Shown here: one piece after another, positions 19,898-29,536 of the stretch
Layout of the letters: each line of letters starts with the position of its first letter
Numbering within the stretch: position 1 is the first letter of the stretch
Origin: an uncultured delta proteobacterium
GTDB taxonomy: Bacteria; Desulfobacterota; Binatia; UBA9968
NCBI GenBank assembly: GCA_963847445.1
Contig: CAWJZV010000034.1
Coordinates: forward strand, 256,001-320,000
Length of the DNA stretch: 64,000 nucleotides
Direction of reading: 5' to 3'
Made by a program: the position numbers and the translations under genes
The notes under the pieces: generated by a model
The model's database searches: none
What the model was told of the DNA's origin: nothing
The model's input: the letters and a program-made list of their open reading frames with translations, nothing else

Positions 19898-21887
19898 TTA
19901 AGCCACTGCCTTATTTCGTTCATGCGCCATCCATAATGAGGTAGCTATAAATATGCCGACCAATAGCCCCTGGGCTGCCAGGGTTTCCATGGTCGGATAG
20001 ATACCCAACAGCGGCACCGCCGGCGGAAAATTGAGCGGCGTCGCCGGAACCCAGCCGGCCGCCTGCAATTGATTGATGCCGGTGCCGGCGAAGATGAAGG
20101 CCATGATGTAGAGCAGTGTGCCGGTGACGCCGAAGAAAGTATTTTAGCGGTAGCGCAGGCCGAGCTTGAAGATCGCAAAGGTAGCCGCGACCAGCGCGAC
20201 CAAGCCCGCGGCGAATCCGCCAAGGATGGCCTGGTGGCTGATTTTCATTCTGTAACCAGAGCGCTTGATAGAAGAGCACGACCTCGAAGGCTTCGCGGTA
20301 GACAGCGAAAAATGAGATGCCGATGAGTCCGAAGATACGTCTGCGTCGAAAGCACGTTTTGCACCTTGTCTTGAATAAATGCATGCCACCGTTTTAGCCT
20401 CGGTCCGGGTGTGCAGCCAATAGCCGACATAGAACAGCGCCGACGCAGCGAAGATCGAAATGAATCCTTCCATGCTTTCACGGTGCTGGCCGCTGAAAGT
20501 CAGCACGGTTTGGGCGGCGAGCCAGGTGAGGAAACCGGCGGCCAACTGCGAGAATCCAGCCGAAATGGATGTAGCGAATCGATTTTGTCGCGCCCATAAC
20601 CCGCAGCATGGCGATGATCGCGGCGAGAATCAGCGCCGCCTCGAGTCCTTCGCGTAAAATGATCAGGGCCGAATTCAAGAATGCGTAATAACCGGAGAAA
20701 TCATCGCTGCTGGCCAACAGCTGTGCCGCCTGGTCGAGCTTGGCTTCGATTTCGCAGCGTGTTGTTTTTGAATCTCCTCGGCGGAAACTCCCTGCCGGAT
20801 CGAATTGCGAAACTGGGTGAACTGGGCCTCGAGAGATCTGTCCCAAGGCCGCATCCTTGGCGAACAGCGTCGGCTCGGCCATCTCGATAGCCGTCAAGGT
20901 AGGCCTCGATGGCTTTTTGGTAAGCTTTTTCCTTATCGCCTTTGCGTATATCTCAGCGGCTTCGCCGAGCAGGGTCGCGGGCGATCAACAATGGATCGGT
21001 CGATTTTTCGTCCAGAAGCCCGCGCCTGAGGTAGGCGAGAATGTCGTTGCTCGGCGCGTTGGGAAAACTCTTCTTGATTTTATCGGATAGCTCGCTCGTC
21101 TGAAGAAGTTGCCAAGGTCGCGACGCCTGCGAGTCGGCCGGCAGCGACTTGCCTTTCAGCCAGGACTCTCCGCGCCGGCTTTGCCGTTCGTCAGCGGGAA
21201 AACGCAGCGCCAAAACATAGAAGGCGACTTGCCAGCGTTGCTCGTCCGGCAGCGCGGCGAAGGAAGCCATCGCCGTTTTGTCGATGCCGAACTGGTCGTG
21301 TTGTAGACTTTAAAAGGCGAGAGTCCGGCCATGAAGTCTGCGTCGGTGAAATTGGCCGGCGGCGGGGTTTTGGGATTCATCGACTCGCGGCCGGGGCCGT
21401 CGCCTTTGCCGCTCTCGCCATGGCACTGAGCGCAATTCTGCGTGTAGACGAGTTTCGCGCCGCTCGAAGTTCGGCAGAGCCTTGGGGTAGGTGACGATAT
21501 TATAGGTTTTGATCAAGCGGTCCTTGATCTGCTGGGCCAATTGCGGCACGGCATCTTCGCCGGTTTTATCTTGTATATGCTTCGCCAGCGCTTGCAGATC
21601 TTTTTCGATGCCCGCTTTATCGCCTTCGGCGGATTTGAGTTGGTTGAACAGCTCCGAGCTGCGCGCCGAGAACTCGCTCATCTCCGATACTCGTCGGCGT
21701 TGACAACTTTCCCGCCTTGCACGGCGTTGCGATAGTCGCCGCCGATGTAATCGATTAGCGCCAGAATTCGCTTGGCTTCGTCACCGGCAGCGAATGCGCC
21801 GGTCGCCGTTAGAATGATCAGCCCAAGGAAGAGGAAGAACCGACTGCACATGACTCGTGTCGATCTGGTCGCGGAGGATGAAGCCAT
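19898..21887 (-). CDS. Cytochrome c / FTR1 family iron permease (PbrT-like), multiply frameshifted
   Basis: LIDYIGGDY, CAQCHG heme motif (21420-21440 region), ILREGLEA and VYREAFE (two REXXE motifs), LLGIYPT. Confidence 0.88.
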
Positions 21888-22014
21888 AGTGGTCGTATAT
21901 GTAAGGAGCCGAACTTTATCAAAAATTCTTTTGTCCAATAACATTTCAGGTCGATTCTTTGCGCCTGCCCGGAGCCGTAAACGGGTTCGCTCGTCTCCCG
22001 CAAGGACGGCTCAG

Positions 22015-23724
22015 CTAAACAGCCGAAACCTGAGTCCGAACCGTGTCGCTCCGCCGACGCTGGCTCGAATTGGCGATCTGGCGCGACAGTAAAATCAGCG
22101 GCAATAGCGCGATGGCGACCATCAGCAGCGCCGGCAGGGCGGCTTCGGCAATGCGCTCGTCCTTTGCCAAGTTGTAGGCCTCGACCGCCAGTGTGTCGAA
22201 ATTAAACGGCCGCATGGCGAAGGTCGCCGGTAATTCTTTCATGACGTCGACGAATACGAGCAGCGCCGCGGTGGCGATGCTGCTGCGCATGATCGGCATG
22301 TGCACCCGCACCAGGGTGCGGCCGGGTGACAGGCCGAGGCTGCGCGCGGCATCGTCCATCGACGGTGTCACCCGTGTAAGCCCGGCTTCGGCCGTTTGAA
22401 ACGCCACGGCGAGAAATCTGACGAGATAGGCATAGATTAGCGCCGTGACCGAACCGGTTAAAATCAATCCGGTGCGCACGCCAAATTGTTGGTGAATCCA
22501 GGCGATCAATGCGTTGTCGAGCTTGCCCAGCGGGAGCAGAATGCCCACAGCGATTACCGCGCCCGGCAGGGCATAGCCGAGCACAGCCAGGCGATTCGCT
22601 GCTTGTACCAGCGGACTCTTCACTGTCCGTGCCGCATAAGCCAGCAGCATGGCGACGACGACGGCGGCAATCGCGGCGATGCCTGCTAAAATAAACGTAT
22701 TGGTAATCAGCCCGGTGATGCGAGCGCCAAATTGCACCTGCGGATCGGTCAGGGCCAGCTCCAGCAGAATCGCCGCCGGCACGACGAAACCGAAAGCAAT
22801 CGGTGTGGCGCATAGCGTGAATGCGCCCAGAGCCTTGGCGCCGCCAAGTAGTTGCGGGGTTATCGGTGTGCGGTTGCTGGTATAGCGCGCGCCGCCGCGG
22901 TGCATGCGCTCTAGTGCGAGCATCGCGAGCACGAATACGAGCAGGCAGGTAGCGAGCTGGCCGGCTGCGACCGAATCGCCAAGGGAGAGCCAGGCACGGT
23001 AGATGCCAGCGGTAAAAGTATTCACGGCAAAATACGAAACGGTGCCGAAATCAGCGAGTGTCTCCATCAGCGCCAAGGCGACGCCGGCGACAATTCCGGT
23101 GCGCGCCAGCGGCAATGACACTCGCCAAAATCTTCCCCACGCGCCATAGCCGGCCAGTTGGGCGGCCTCATAGCTGCTGCGTGACTGTTCGAGGAAGGCG
23201 CTGCGTGTCAGCAGGTAAACATAGGGATAGAGCGCGAGCGATAGCATGGTCGCGGCGCCTGGCAATGAGCGGATTTCCGGAAACCAGTACTCACGCACCC
23301 GCCAACCGGTGAATTCGCGCAGCATGCTTTGCACCGGTCCCGAGGTCTGGAGCCAATCGGTGTAAGCATAGGCCATGACATATGCGGGGATCGCCATTGG
23401 CAACACCAGCGCCCATTCCAGGACGCGTCGGCCAGGGAATTCATAGGCGGTCACCAACCACGCGGAGAGCACGCCGCAGCAAACAACTCCCGCAGCGACC
23501 AGCACCAGCAGCAGGAAAGTGTTGGCGATGTACTCGGGCAGGACGGTCGATATCAGGTGCGCCCAGGTAGCCTCGCTGGGCAAGAAAATGTTCCAGACGA
23601 CTGCAGCAATCGGCGCCACCACCAGGGCGGCGGTTATCAATGACACGACGCCGAGAGCACCGATCCGCGGGACGGTGATGCCGCCGATGGTTTTCGAGCG
23701 CAAAGCAGCGGCAATCGTTGTCAT
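22015..23724 (-). CDS. fbpB: Fe(III) ABC transporter permease
   Basis: LYPYVYLLTR, METLADFG, DAARSLG, VMKELPAT, RPFNFDTLA. Confidence 0.93.
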   Translation of the reverse strand: MTTIAAALRSKTIGGITVPRIGALGVVSLITAALVVAPIAAVVWNIFLPSEATWAHLISTVLPEYIANTFLLLVLVAAGVVCCGVLSAWLVTAYEFPGRRVLEWALVLPMAIPAYVMAYAYTDWLQTSGPVQSMLREFTGWRVREYWFPEIRSLPGAATMLSLALYPYVYLLTRSAFLEQSRSSYEAAQLAGYGAWGRFWRVSLPLARTGIVAGVALALMETLADFGTVSYFAVNTFTAGIYRAWLSLGDSVAAGQLATCLLVFVLAMLALERMHRGGARYTSNRTPITPQLLGGAKALGAFTLCATPIAFGFVVPAAILLELALTDPQVQFGARITGLITNTFILAGIAAIAAVVVAMLLAYAARTVKSPLVQAANRLAVLGYALPGAVIAVGILLPLGKLDNALIAWIHQQFGVRTGLILTGSVTALIYAYLVRFLAVAFQTAEAGLTRVTPSMDDAARSLGLSPGRTLVRVHMPIMRSSIATAALLVFVDVMKELPATFAMRPFNFDTLAVEAYNLAKDERIAEAALPALLMVAIALLPLILLSRQIANSSQRRRSDTVRTQVSAV

Positions 23725-23757
23725 GGTGTCTCTCAGTCAAGTGCTAAGATTAAGGCT

Positions 23758-24811
23758 TCATTTCCAGCCGACCTGGTCGGCCAGTCGCTGGGCCGCCGCC
23801 TGGGTCTTGCCCAAATTTGCCAATGGCAACGCATCGGTCCTAAACCGGCCGAAAGTCTCGAGCTGGGGATTCGCCAGCTTCACGCTCTTGACGGTGGGCC
23901 ATTCGTTGTTGCCATTGGCAAAATAAGCTTGTGCCGTGTCGCTGGCGAGATACTCGAGAAACTTCACCGCAGCGTCGCGATTGGGAGCGTTCTTCAGTAT
24001 GCCGCCGCCGGAAATGTTGACATGAGCGCCGCGATCGTTCTGATTGGGCCAAACGATGTGGACTTTTTCCACCAGCGCGCGATCTTCCGGCTTGGTCGAA
24101 CGCATAAGCCGGACATAGTAATAATGGTTTGACAGCGCGATCGAACATTCACCGACGCCCACGGCGGTCAATTGGTCGGTGTCGCCGCCTCTTGGCGGGC
24201 GCGCCAAGTTCGTGGCAACGCCGCGCGCCCAGTCGCGCGCCTTATCCTCGCCCAAGTGGAGGATCATGCTGGATATTAAAGAAAGGTTATACGGGTGGCT
24301 GCTCGGGCGTGTGCAGATTTCGCTTTTCCACTTGGGATCGGCCAACTGCTCATAGCGCGCGACATCGCCGGGACTGACCTTGCGCCGATCATAGGCGATA
24401 ACCCGAACCCGCGATGAGAAGCCGAACCAGTTGCCATTGGGATCGCGAAAGTGAGCGGGGATGCGCTTAGCCAGCAGTTCCGACTTGAGCGGCGCGAAGA
24501 TGCCCGCCTGCTCCGCGCGCCACAGCCGGGCGACATCGACGGTCAAGAAGACATCCGCCGGACTGGCGGCGCCTTCGGCCTTGATGCGCTCAAAAAGCGC
24601 GTCTTCGCCGCCTTCGATGCGATTAAGCTTGATGCCGGTGAGTTTGCTAAAGCCGCTGTAGAAAGCTTCATCGGTCGCATAGTGACGGGCGGTATAGAGG
24701 TTCATGACCTTTTCTTGTGCCGTCACGGTGTCACTAACAATCGCGCTTAACCCGAGTCCCAATAACCAAGGCAAAAACCGACAAGCACCATTGTGAATAT
24801 CTATGCTTCAT
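23758..24811 (-). CDS. fbpA: Fe(III) ABC transporter substrate-binding protein (FbpA/FutA)
   Basis: NLYTARHY, SPADV, GGDTDQ, NHYYY, HVNISG, GNNEWP. The signal peptide appears frameshifted. Confidence 0.92.
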
Positions 24812-24900
24812 CTCATGTCTCCCCGATAAAATTTACTTCGTGTTGACTGTTTAAATATCCTGTAGGTTTAACTTCTAAAAGTTGTACCCCAGAAACTTAA

Positions 24901-24935
24901 ATTGTTCGTATAGTCGAATAATATTAGTTTGTCAA
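24901..24935 (-). promoter_or_regulatory. fbpA promoter with overlapping palindrome (candidate DtxR-family operator)
   Basis: Minus strand TTGACA-N17-TATACG. The imperfect palindrome ATTGTTCG-N6-CGAATAAT covers the -10. Confidence 0.5.
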
Positions 24936-25121
24936 ACCGCAACCTTGTCCAAAAGGCACTGCTGGGCGGTACGTATTCTGGCGTTTCAAACTGCCAACAA
25001 ACGGCAAAATATCCGGGCGGTATTGATGCGAACCTCGGCGTGGCAATTGGCCACATGGTAATGGCCAACACCAACTAAGCGGAGGGGTTTCGATCGTCCC
25101 GTCGTTCTGGAAAAGGGGGAA

Positions 25122-26174
25122 CTACTCGATGGGTTCACTGCCGGCATCGGCAAAGACCACGGCGGTGGGGATATGAACATCGATTGGCACTCGGTGTCCG
25201 ACCGGCCAATGGACGGGTTTGCGTTGCTCCAAGTGGACCGCGTCACCCGAGGGCAGACGCAGCCGGTAGAGGATTTCGCCGCCAAGAAACTCGCGCTCTT
25301 CGACGGTGGCGAGAATGCCGTCGGCTGTGGTGTTGACGGCCTCGTGGCGGATCATCACTTTGACCGGTCCGGGAGGCACCTCCGACGAACAGGAGAAATT
25401 GCCAAATTCGGTCTTAACCTGGGCTCCGGTTACGATACCCGTGATAAAGTCGGCATGACCGACGAATCCGGCAACGAATATAGTCGAAGGATTATAATAG
25501 ACGTCTTCCGGTGTGCCGACTTGCTGCAGTTCGCCATGACGAACGACAGCGACTTGGTCAGCCATTCCGAGAGCTTCTTCCTGGTCGTGGGTGACGAGTA
25601 CCGCGGCGGTTTTCATCTGGCGCAATATGCCAGCGACCTCTTTGCGCATTTGCGGCCTGAGTTCAGGGTCGAGGCCATTGAAGGCTTCGTCAAGCAAGAC
25701 AACCGGCGGGCGCGGTGCTAGCGCGCGCGCCAAAGCAACCCGCTGTTGCTGACCACCCGATAATTCATGGGGATATCGTTGCGCGTACGGCAGCAACTCG
25801 GTTGCCCGCAACAACTCTTGAATGCGCTCTTGGCGCTCTTGGTTGGCAATGCGGCGCAGGCCAAACTGGATATTCTCGGTCACCGTCAAATGGGGAAACA
25901 GGGCGTAGTCCTGAAAAACCATCCCGACGCCGCGCGCTTCGGCGGGGAGCCATATCGAACCGGCGACGTCGACGACCGTGCGCTCGCCGATAAGAATCCG
26001 CCCTTCATCGGGTCGCTCGAATCCGGCAATCAGCCGGAGCAAGGTGGTTTTCCCCGATCCCGACGGTCCGAGCAGTGCGAGAATCTCACCTGAATGGACT
26101 TGGAGGTCGCAGCGCTTTACAGCCGGGGTGTGGTTGTATCGCTTGCTGATTTTTTCGACTTTTATGACAACCAT
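25122..26174 (-). CDS. fbpC: Fe(III) ABC transporter ATP-binding protein
   Basis: GPSGSGKT, VFQDYALFPH, LSGGQQQR, VTHDQEEA, C-terminal TOBE-like region. Confidence 0.92.
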   Translation of the reverse strand: MVVIKVEKISKRYNHTPAVKRCDLQVHSGEILALLGPSGSGKTTLLRLIAGFERPDEGRILIGERTVVDVAGSIWLPAEARGVGMVFQDYALFPHLTVTENIQFGLRRIANQERQERIQELLRATELLPYAQRYPHELSGGQQQRVALARALAPRPPVVLLDEAFNGLDPELRPQMRKEVAGILRQMKTAAVLVTHDQEEALGMADQVAVVRHGELQQVGTPEDVYYNPSTIFVAGFVGHADFITGIVTGAQVKTEFGNFSCSSEVPPGPVKVMIRHEAVNTTADGILATVEEREFLGGEILYRLRLPSGDAVHLEQRKPVHWPVGHRVPIDVHIPTAVVFADAGSEPIE

Positions 26175-26436
26175 CGGTGCTTTGCCAGGAATCAATACCT
26201 GAAACCGCTGGAGAGGTCCAGGACAGCCTGGGGAATTTCCAATTCTGAGTTCCGCAGTGCATTTCCGGACGCTGTTACAGCGCATCGTTTCGGCTGTTCT
26301 CGTGTAACCAACTTGCACTTGAACGATTCCTCCAATAGCATGCGCTACATCTTTGCGGAAACCTGCGCGCATCGTGGCCGTGCGATTCGATCGGTCTGGA
26401 GCGAGGCGAGAAAAGCGATCGGTAGTCAATTGATAT

Positions 26437-27102
26437 ATGGAAGCACATAAAGTAACCCACGCCTTGGAGGACTATCTGAAGGCGATTTACCAGCTAGCCG
26501 AGGAGGCTCAACCGGTGATCGCCGCGCGCATCGCCGCCGAGACCGGGGTGACGCCGTCGACCATGTTCGCGACGTTGCGTCGTCTGGCTAGTGAAGGTTA
26601 CGTTACGATCAATCGCCGCAAGGAGATTCATCTGACCGAAGATGGACGAAAAGTCGCTGAGCGGATCGTTCGCCGCCACTTTCTGACCGAGCGTTTTCTA
26701 ACCGACTTGTTGGGATTGGACTGGGTCAAAGCGCATCAGGAGGCTCATCGGTTAGAGCACGCGATCTCTCAGGAAGTCGAAGAGCGCCTGGCTAAGCTGT
26801 TGAGCAACCCGACCACCTGTCCGCATGGCAACCCGATTCCCGGAACCGGCTCCGGTAGACTGCCCAAGACCGTGCCGCTCAGCGAAGCCGTGGACGGCCA
26901 GCAAGTGGATCTCGACTATATTACTGAAGGCGGCGAACGGGATGTTCGCCTGTTGGGGTTTTTAGAGGATCACGGACTGGTGCCGGGCGCCAAAGTGCAT
27001 ATTATCGACGTCGCGCCGTCCCTCGGCATGATGACACTGAAAGTCGGCGACGATCAGTTTTCTCTTGGCATCGAGGCGGCGAAGAAGATCCGCGTTCACT
27101 AA
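26437..27102 (+). CDS. DtxR/IdeR/MntR family metal-dependent repressor with FeoA domain
   Basis: EDYLKAIY, RRHFLTERFL, EAHRLEH, CPHGNPIP. Divergent from fbpC. Confidence 0.95.
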   Translation: MEAHKVTHALEDYLKAIYQLAEEAQPVIAARIAAETGVTPSTMFATLRRLASEGYVTINRRKEIHLTEDGRKVAERIVRRHFLTERFLTDLLGLDWVKAHQEAHRLEHAISQEVEERLAKLLSNPTTCPHGNPIPGTGSGRLPKTVPLSEAVDGQQVDLDYITEGGERDVRLLGFLEDHGLVPGAKVHIIDVAPSLGMMTLKVGDDQFSLGIEAAKKIRVH

Positions 27103-27120
27103 ATTTCGCCGCAGGGAGTG

Positions 27121-27405
27121 TCAATTCGAACTTGCTTGCTCAGGACCCTGAGTGGATGCCGATTCCGGCTCTGTCTCGGCTCGAAGGCCGGCCAATTCGT
27201 TGGCGAGAAACTCGATCTGATCGCCGAGCGCAATATCCCGGTCGATGACGATCAACTCCTGTCCCTTGACCCGGCAGCGCCCGCTATGGGCGCGGTAGCC
27301 GACCTCGCGCAAAAGCTTCTCCATGCGCACATGAATATTCAGCCGTTTGGCGCTGACGATGAGATCCTGGAGGCGGGCTTCCTGACGATTCTTCGGTCGC
27401 TGCAT
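27121..27405 (-). CDS. Hypothetical protein
   Basis: Fills the intergenic gap. SGRCRVKGQELIVID looks like a conserved small-protein motif. Confidence 0.55.
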   Translation of the reverse strand: MQRPKNRQEARLQDLIVSAKRLNIHVRMEKLLREVGYRAHSGRCRVKGQELIVIDRDIALGDQIEFLANELAGLRAETEPESASTQGPEQASSN

Positions 27406-27594
27406 TTATCCAACTTTCCGAACGTAGGCCCGAGTATCTCTTAAAGGGCGGCTTTTGTAAACCGCTATGGCAGATTCCGTTTGAAAATGGCCCCGGCCTT
27501 GTTATCGTGCTTCCAGCCAAGCGATACATCGCCGAGCGCGCCGGCGATACCGACTGGTTGCGATTGACGCAGCGCAAATGTAGCGGAGGGCAGC

Positions 27595-28431
27595 ATGATC
27601 AAAAACATTTTGATTCCTCTCGACGGCTCCGAGCATTCCAAGGCGGCGCTCGATTACGCGGTGTGGCTGGCGCGCGGCTTTGACGGCATGCTAATGGGCC
27701 AGCATGTGATCGACACGGTTTCCCTCGAAGGAACCTTTTTCCACGATGTCTCCGGTTCCCTCGGTTTTGAACCTTATCTCGATTTGTCGACCAAGATGCG
27801 CGAGATCTTCGATGATCGCGGCAAGCTCGTCCTGGAAAATTTTCGCGAGATCTGCGCGGCGAAGAACATCCGCGCGCGCACCTTTCTCGACACCGGACTG
27901 ATCGCCAACGAGATCTGCGAGCGGGCTAAGGTCGCTGATCTGGTGGTGATCGGCCATCGCGGCGTCAACGAAGGTTTCACCGCCGGCATGCTCGGCTCCA
28001 CCGCCGAAACGATCATTCGCAAATGCCCGCGGCCGATCTTTGTTTCGACAGAGCGCTTCAACACCATCGCCAACCCGCTGTTGGCCTATGACGGCAGCCA
28101 GCGGGCGAGCTCGGCGATGGAATCGGCGGCGGAGTTTTGCACGGTGCTCAAACTGCCGCTTACCGTGCTGACCATCGCCCGCGAGGAGGCGGCAGCGCAG
28201 GCGATCTTGCAACAGGCCAAGGCTTATCTCGGTTCCTATGCCATCGACGTCAAGTACGAGATCGCGCGCGGCTATCCCGAACAAAAAATCATCGAGTATC
28301 TGGTCAATCTCAAATACGACCTGCTGTTCATCGGCGCCCACGGCCACCGGCGGATCATTAAGATGGTGCTCGGCAGCACGACTGAGTATGTCCTGCGCAA
28401 TGCGCCTTGTCCGGTTTTTCTAAATCGATAA
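27595..28431 (+). CDS. Tandem universal stress protein
   Basis: ILIPLDGSEHS, LVVIGHRG..LGSTAE, LLAYDGS, IGAHG..LGSTTE..PCPV. Confidence 0.95.
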   Translation: MIKNILIPLDGSEHSKAALDYAVWLARGFDGMLMGQHVIDTVSLEGTFFHDVSGSLGFEPYLDLSTKMREIFDDRGKLVLENFREICAAKNIRARTFLDTGLIANEICERAKVADLVVIGHRGVNEGFTAGMLGSTAETIIRKCPRPIFVSTERFNTIANPLLAYDGSQRASSAMESAAEFCTVLKLPLTVLTIAREEAAAQAILQQAKAYLGSYAIDVKYEIARGYPEQKIIEYLVNLKYDLLFIGAHGHRRIIKMVLGSTTEYVLRNAPCPVFLNR

Positions 28432-28478
28432 CAGCCATTCAAAGGTTCACGGGTTCAACGTTTCAAGGGCTCGGAATT

Positions 28479-29285
28479 ATGAAGTTTATTGCTGCTGCGG
28501 TGCAGATGTTGGCCACCGACGACAAGGCGGTCAATTTGGCCGAAGCTGAACATTGGCTGCGCGACGCCGCGCGCCAAGGCGCGCGGCTGGTGGTCCTGCC
28601 GGAAGTTTTTATCTGGCGCGGCAACAAGAAATTAGAAAGCGCCTGCGCCGAACCGATACCCGGACCGACTTCCAACCGGCTTGCCGGGCTGGCGCGTGAG
28701 TTAAATATTTTCCTACTCGGCGGTTCGATCCTCGAAGAGATTCCCGGGAGCCAGAAAGCTTACAACACGAGCCTGCTCTTCGATCCTGCGGGAAATCTAC
28801 TCGCGAGCTATCGCAAGATTCATCTCTTCGATGTCGACTTGGCCAATGGCGTGTCGCTGCGCGAGTCGGAGAGCCGCGCCCATGGCTGCGATATTGTGGT
28901 TGCACCGACGGCGCTTGGCACCATGGGATTGTCGGTTTGCTACGATCTGCGCTTTCCCGAGCTTTACCGTCGATTAGCCGACCAGGGCGCCCACGTCATC
29001 TTTGTTCCCTCGGCATTTACCGCTTTCACCGGTCAAGCGCACTGGGAGACTCTCTTACGCGCCCGCGCCATCGAGAACCAAGCGTACGTAATCGCCGCCG
29101 ATCAATTCGGCAAAAGCGCCAAAAGCTTCGAATGTCACGGCCACTCAATGATCGTCGATCCTTGGGGAACGATTCTCGCTGAGTTGCCGGACGGGCCAGG
29201 TGTAATCACAGCGGAAATCGATCTCGACCACCTTGCCAAAGCGCGCGCCGAGCTACCGGCGCTGCGACATCGCAAGTTATTCTGA
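28479..29285 (+). CDS. Carbon-nitrogen hydrolase (Nit1 / deaminated-glutathione amidase-like)
   Basis: VLPE, YRKIHLFD, CYDLRFPE, RARAIENQ, GHSMIVDPWG. Confidence 0.93.
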   Translation: MKFIAAAVQMLATDDKAVNLAEAEHWLRDAARQGARLVVLPEVFIWRGNKKLESACAEPIPGPTSNRLAGLARELNIFLLGGSILEEIPGSQKAYNTSLLFDPAGNLLASYRKIHLFDVDLANGVSLRESESRAHGCDIVVAPTALGTMGLSVCYDLRFPELYRRLADQGAHVIFVPSAFTAFTGQAHWETLLRARAIENQAYVIAADQFGKSAKSFECHGHSMIVDPWGTILAELPDGPGVITAEIDLDHLAKARAELPALRHRKLF

Positions 29286-29424
29286 GTTGCACGCTTAAAA
29301 ATTGATCACGGTACTGCTCAAGAAACCATCATAAGCCTTGGTTTGGTTGCTTCTCGCCGCTAATAGCTCGAAGAATCCCCGCGATTCCGATGAGTTAATG
29401 TAAGAATAAAGTTATAAACCGAAT

Positions 29425-29440
29425 TGGCACGGAGAGTGCA
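29425..29440 (+). promoter_or_regulatory. sigma54 promoter of glutaminase gene
   Basis: TGGCAC-GGAGA-GTGCA. Confidence 0.65.
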
Positions 29441-29536
29441 CACTAACCTAAGATGGTGGAATCGTTAACGCTTCAACTCTTTGGTTTGATGGATTCAATT
29501 ACCGTCACCGGCTAACCGTATTACTACGTACCGCAG

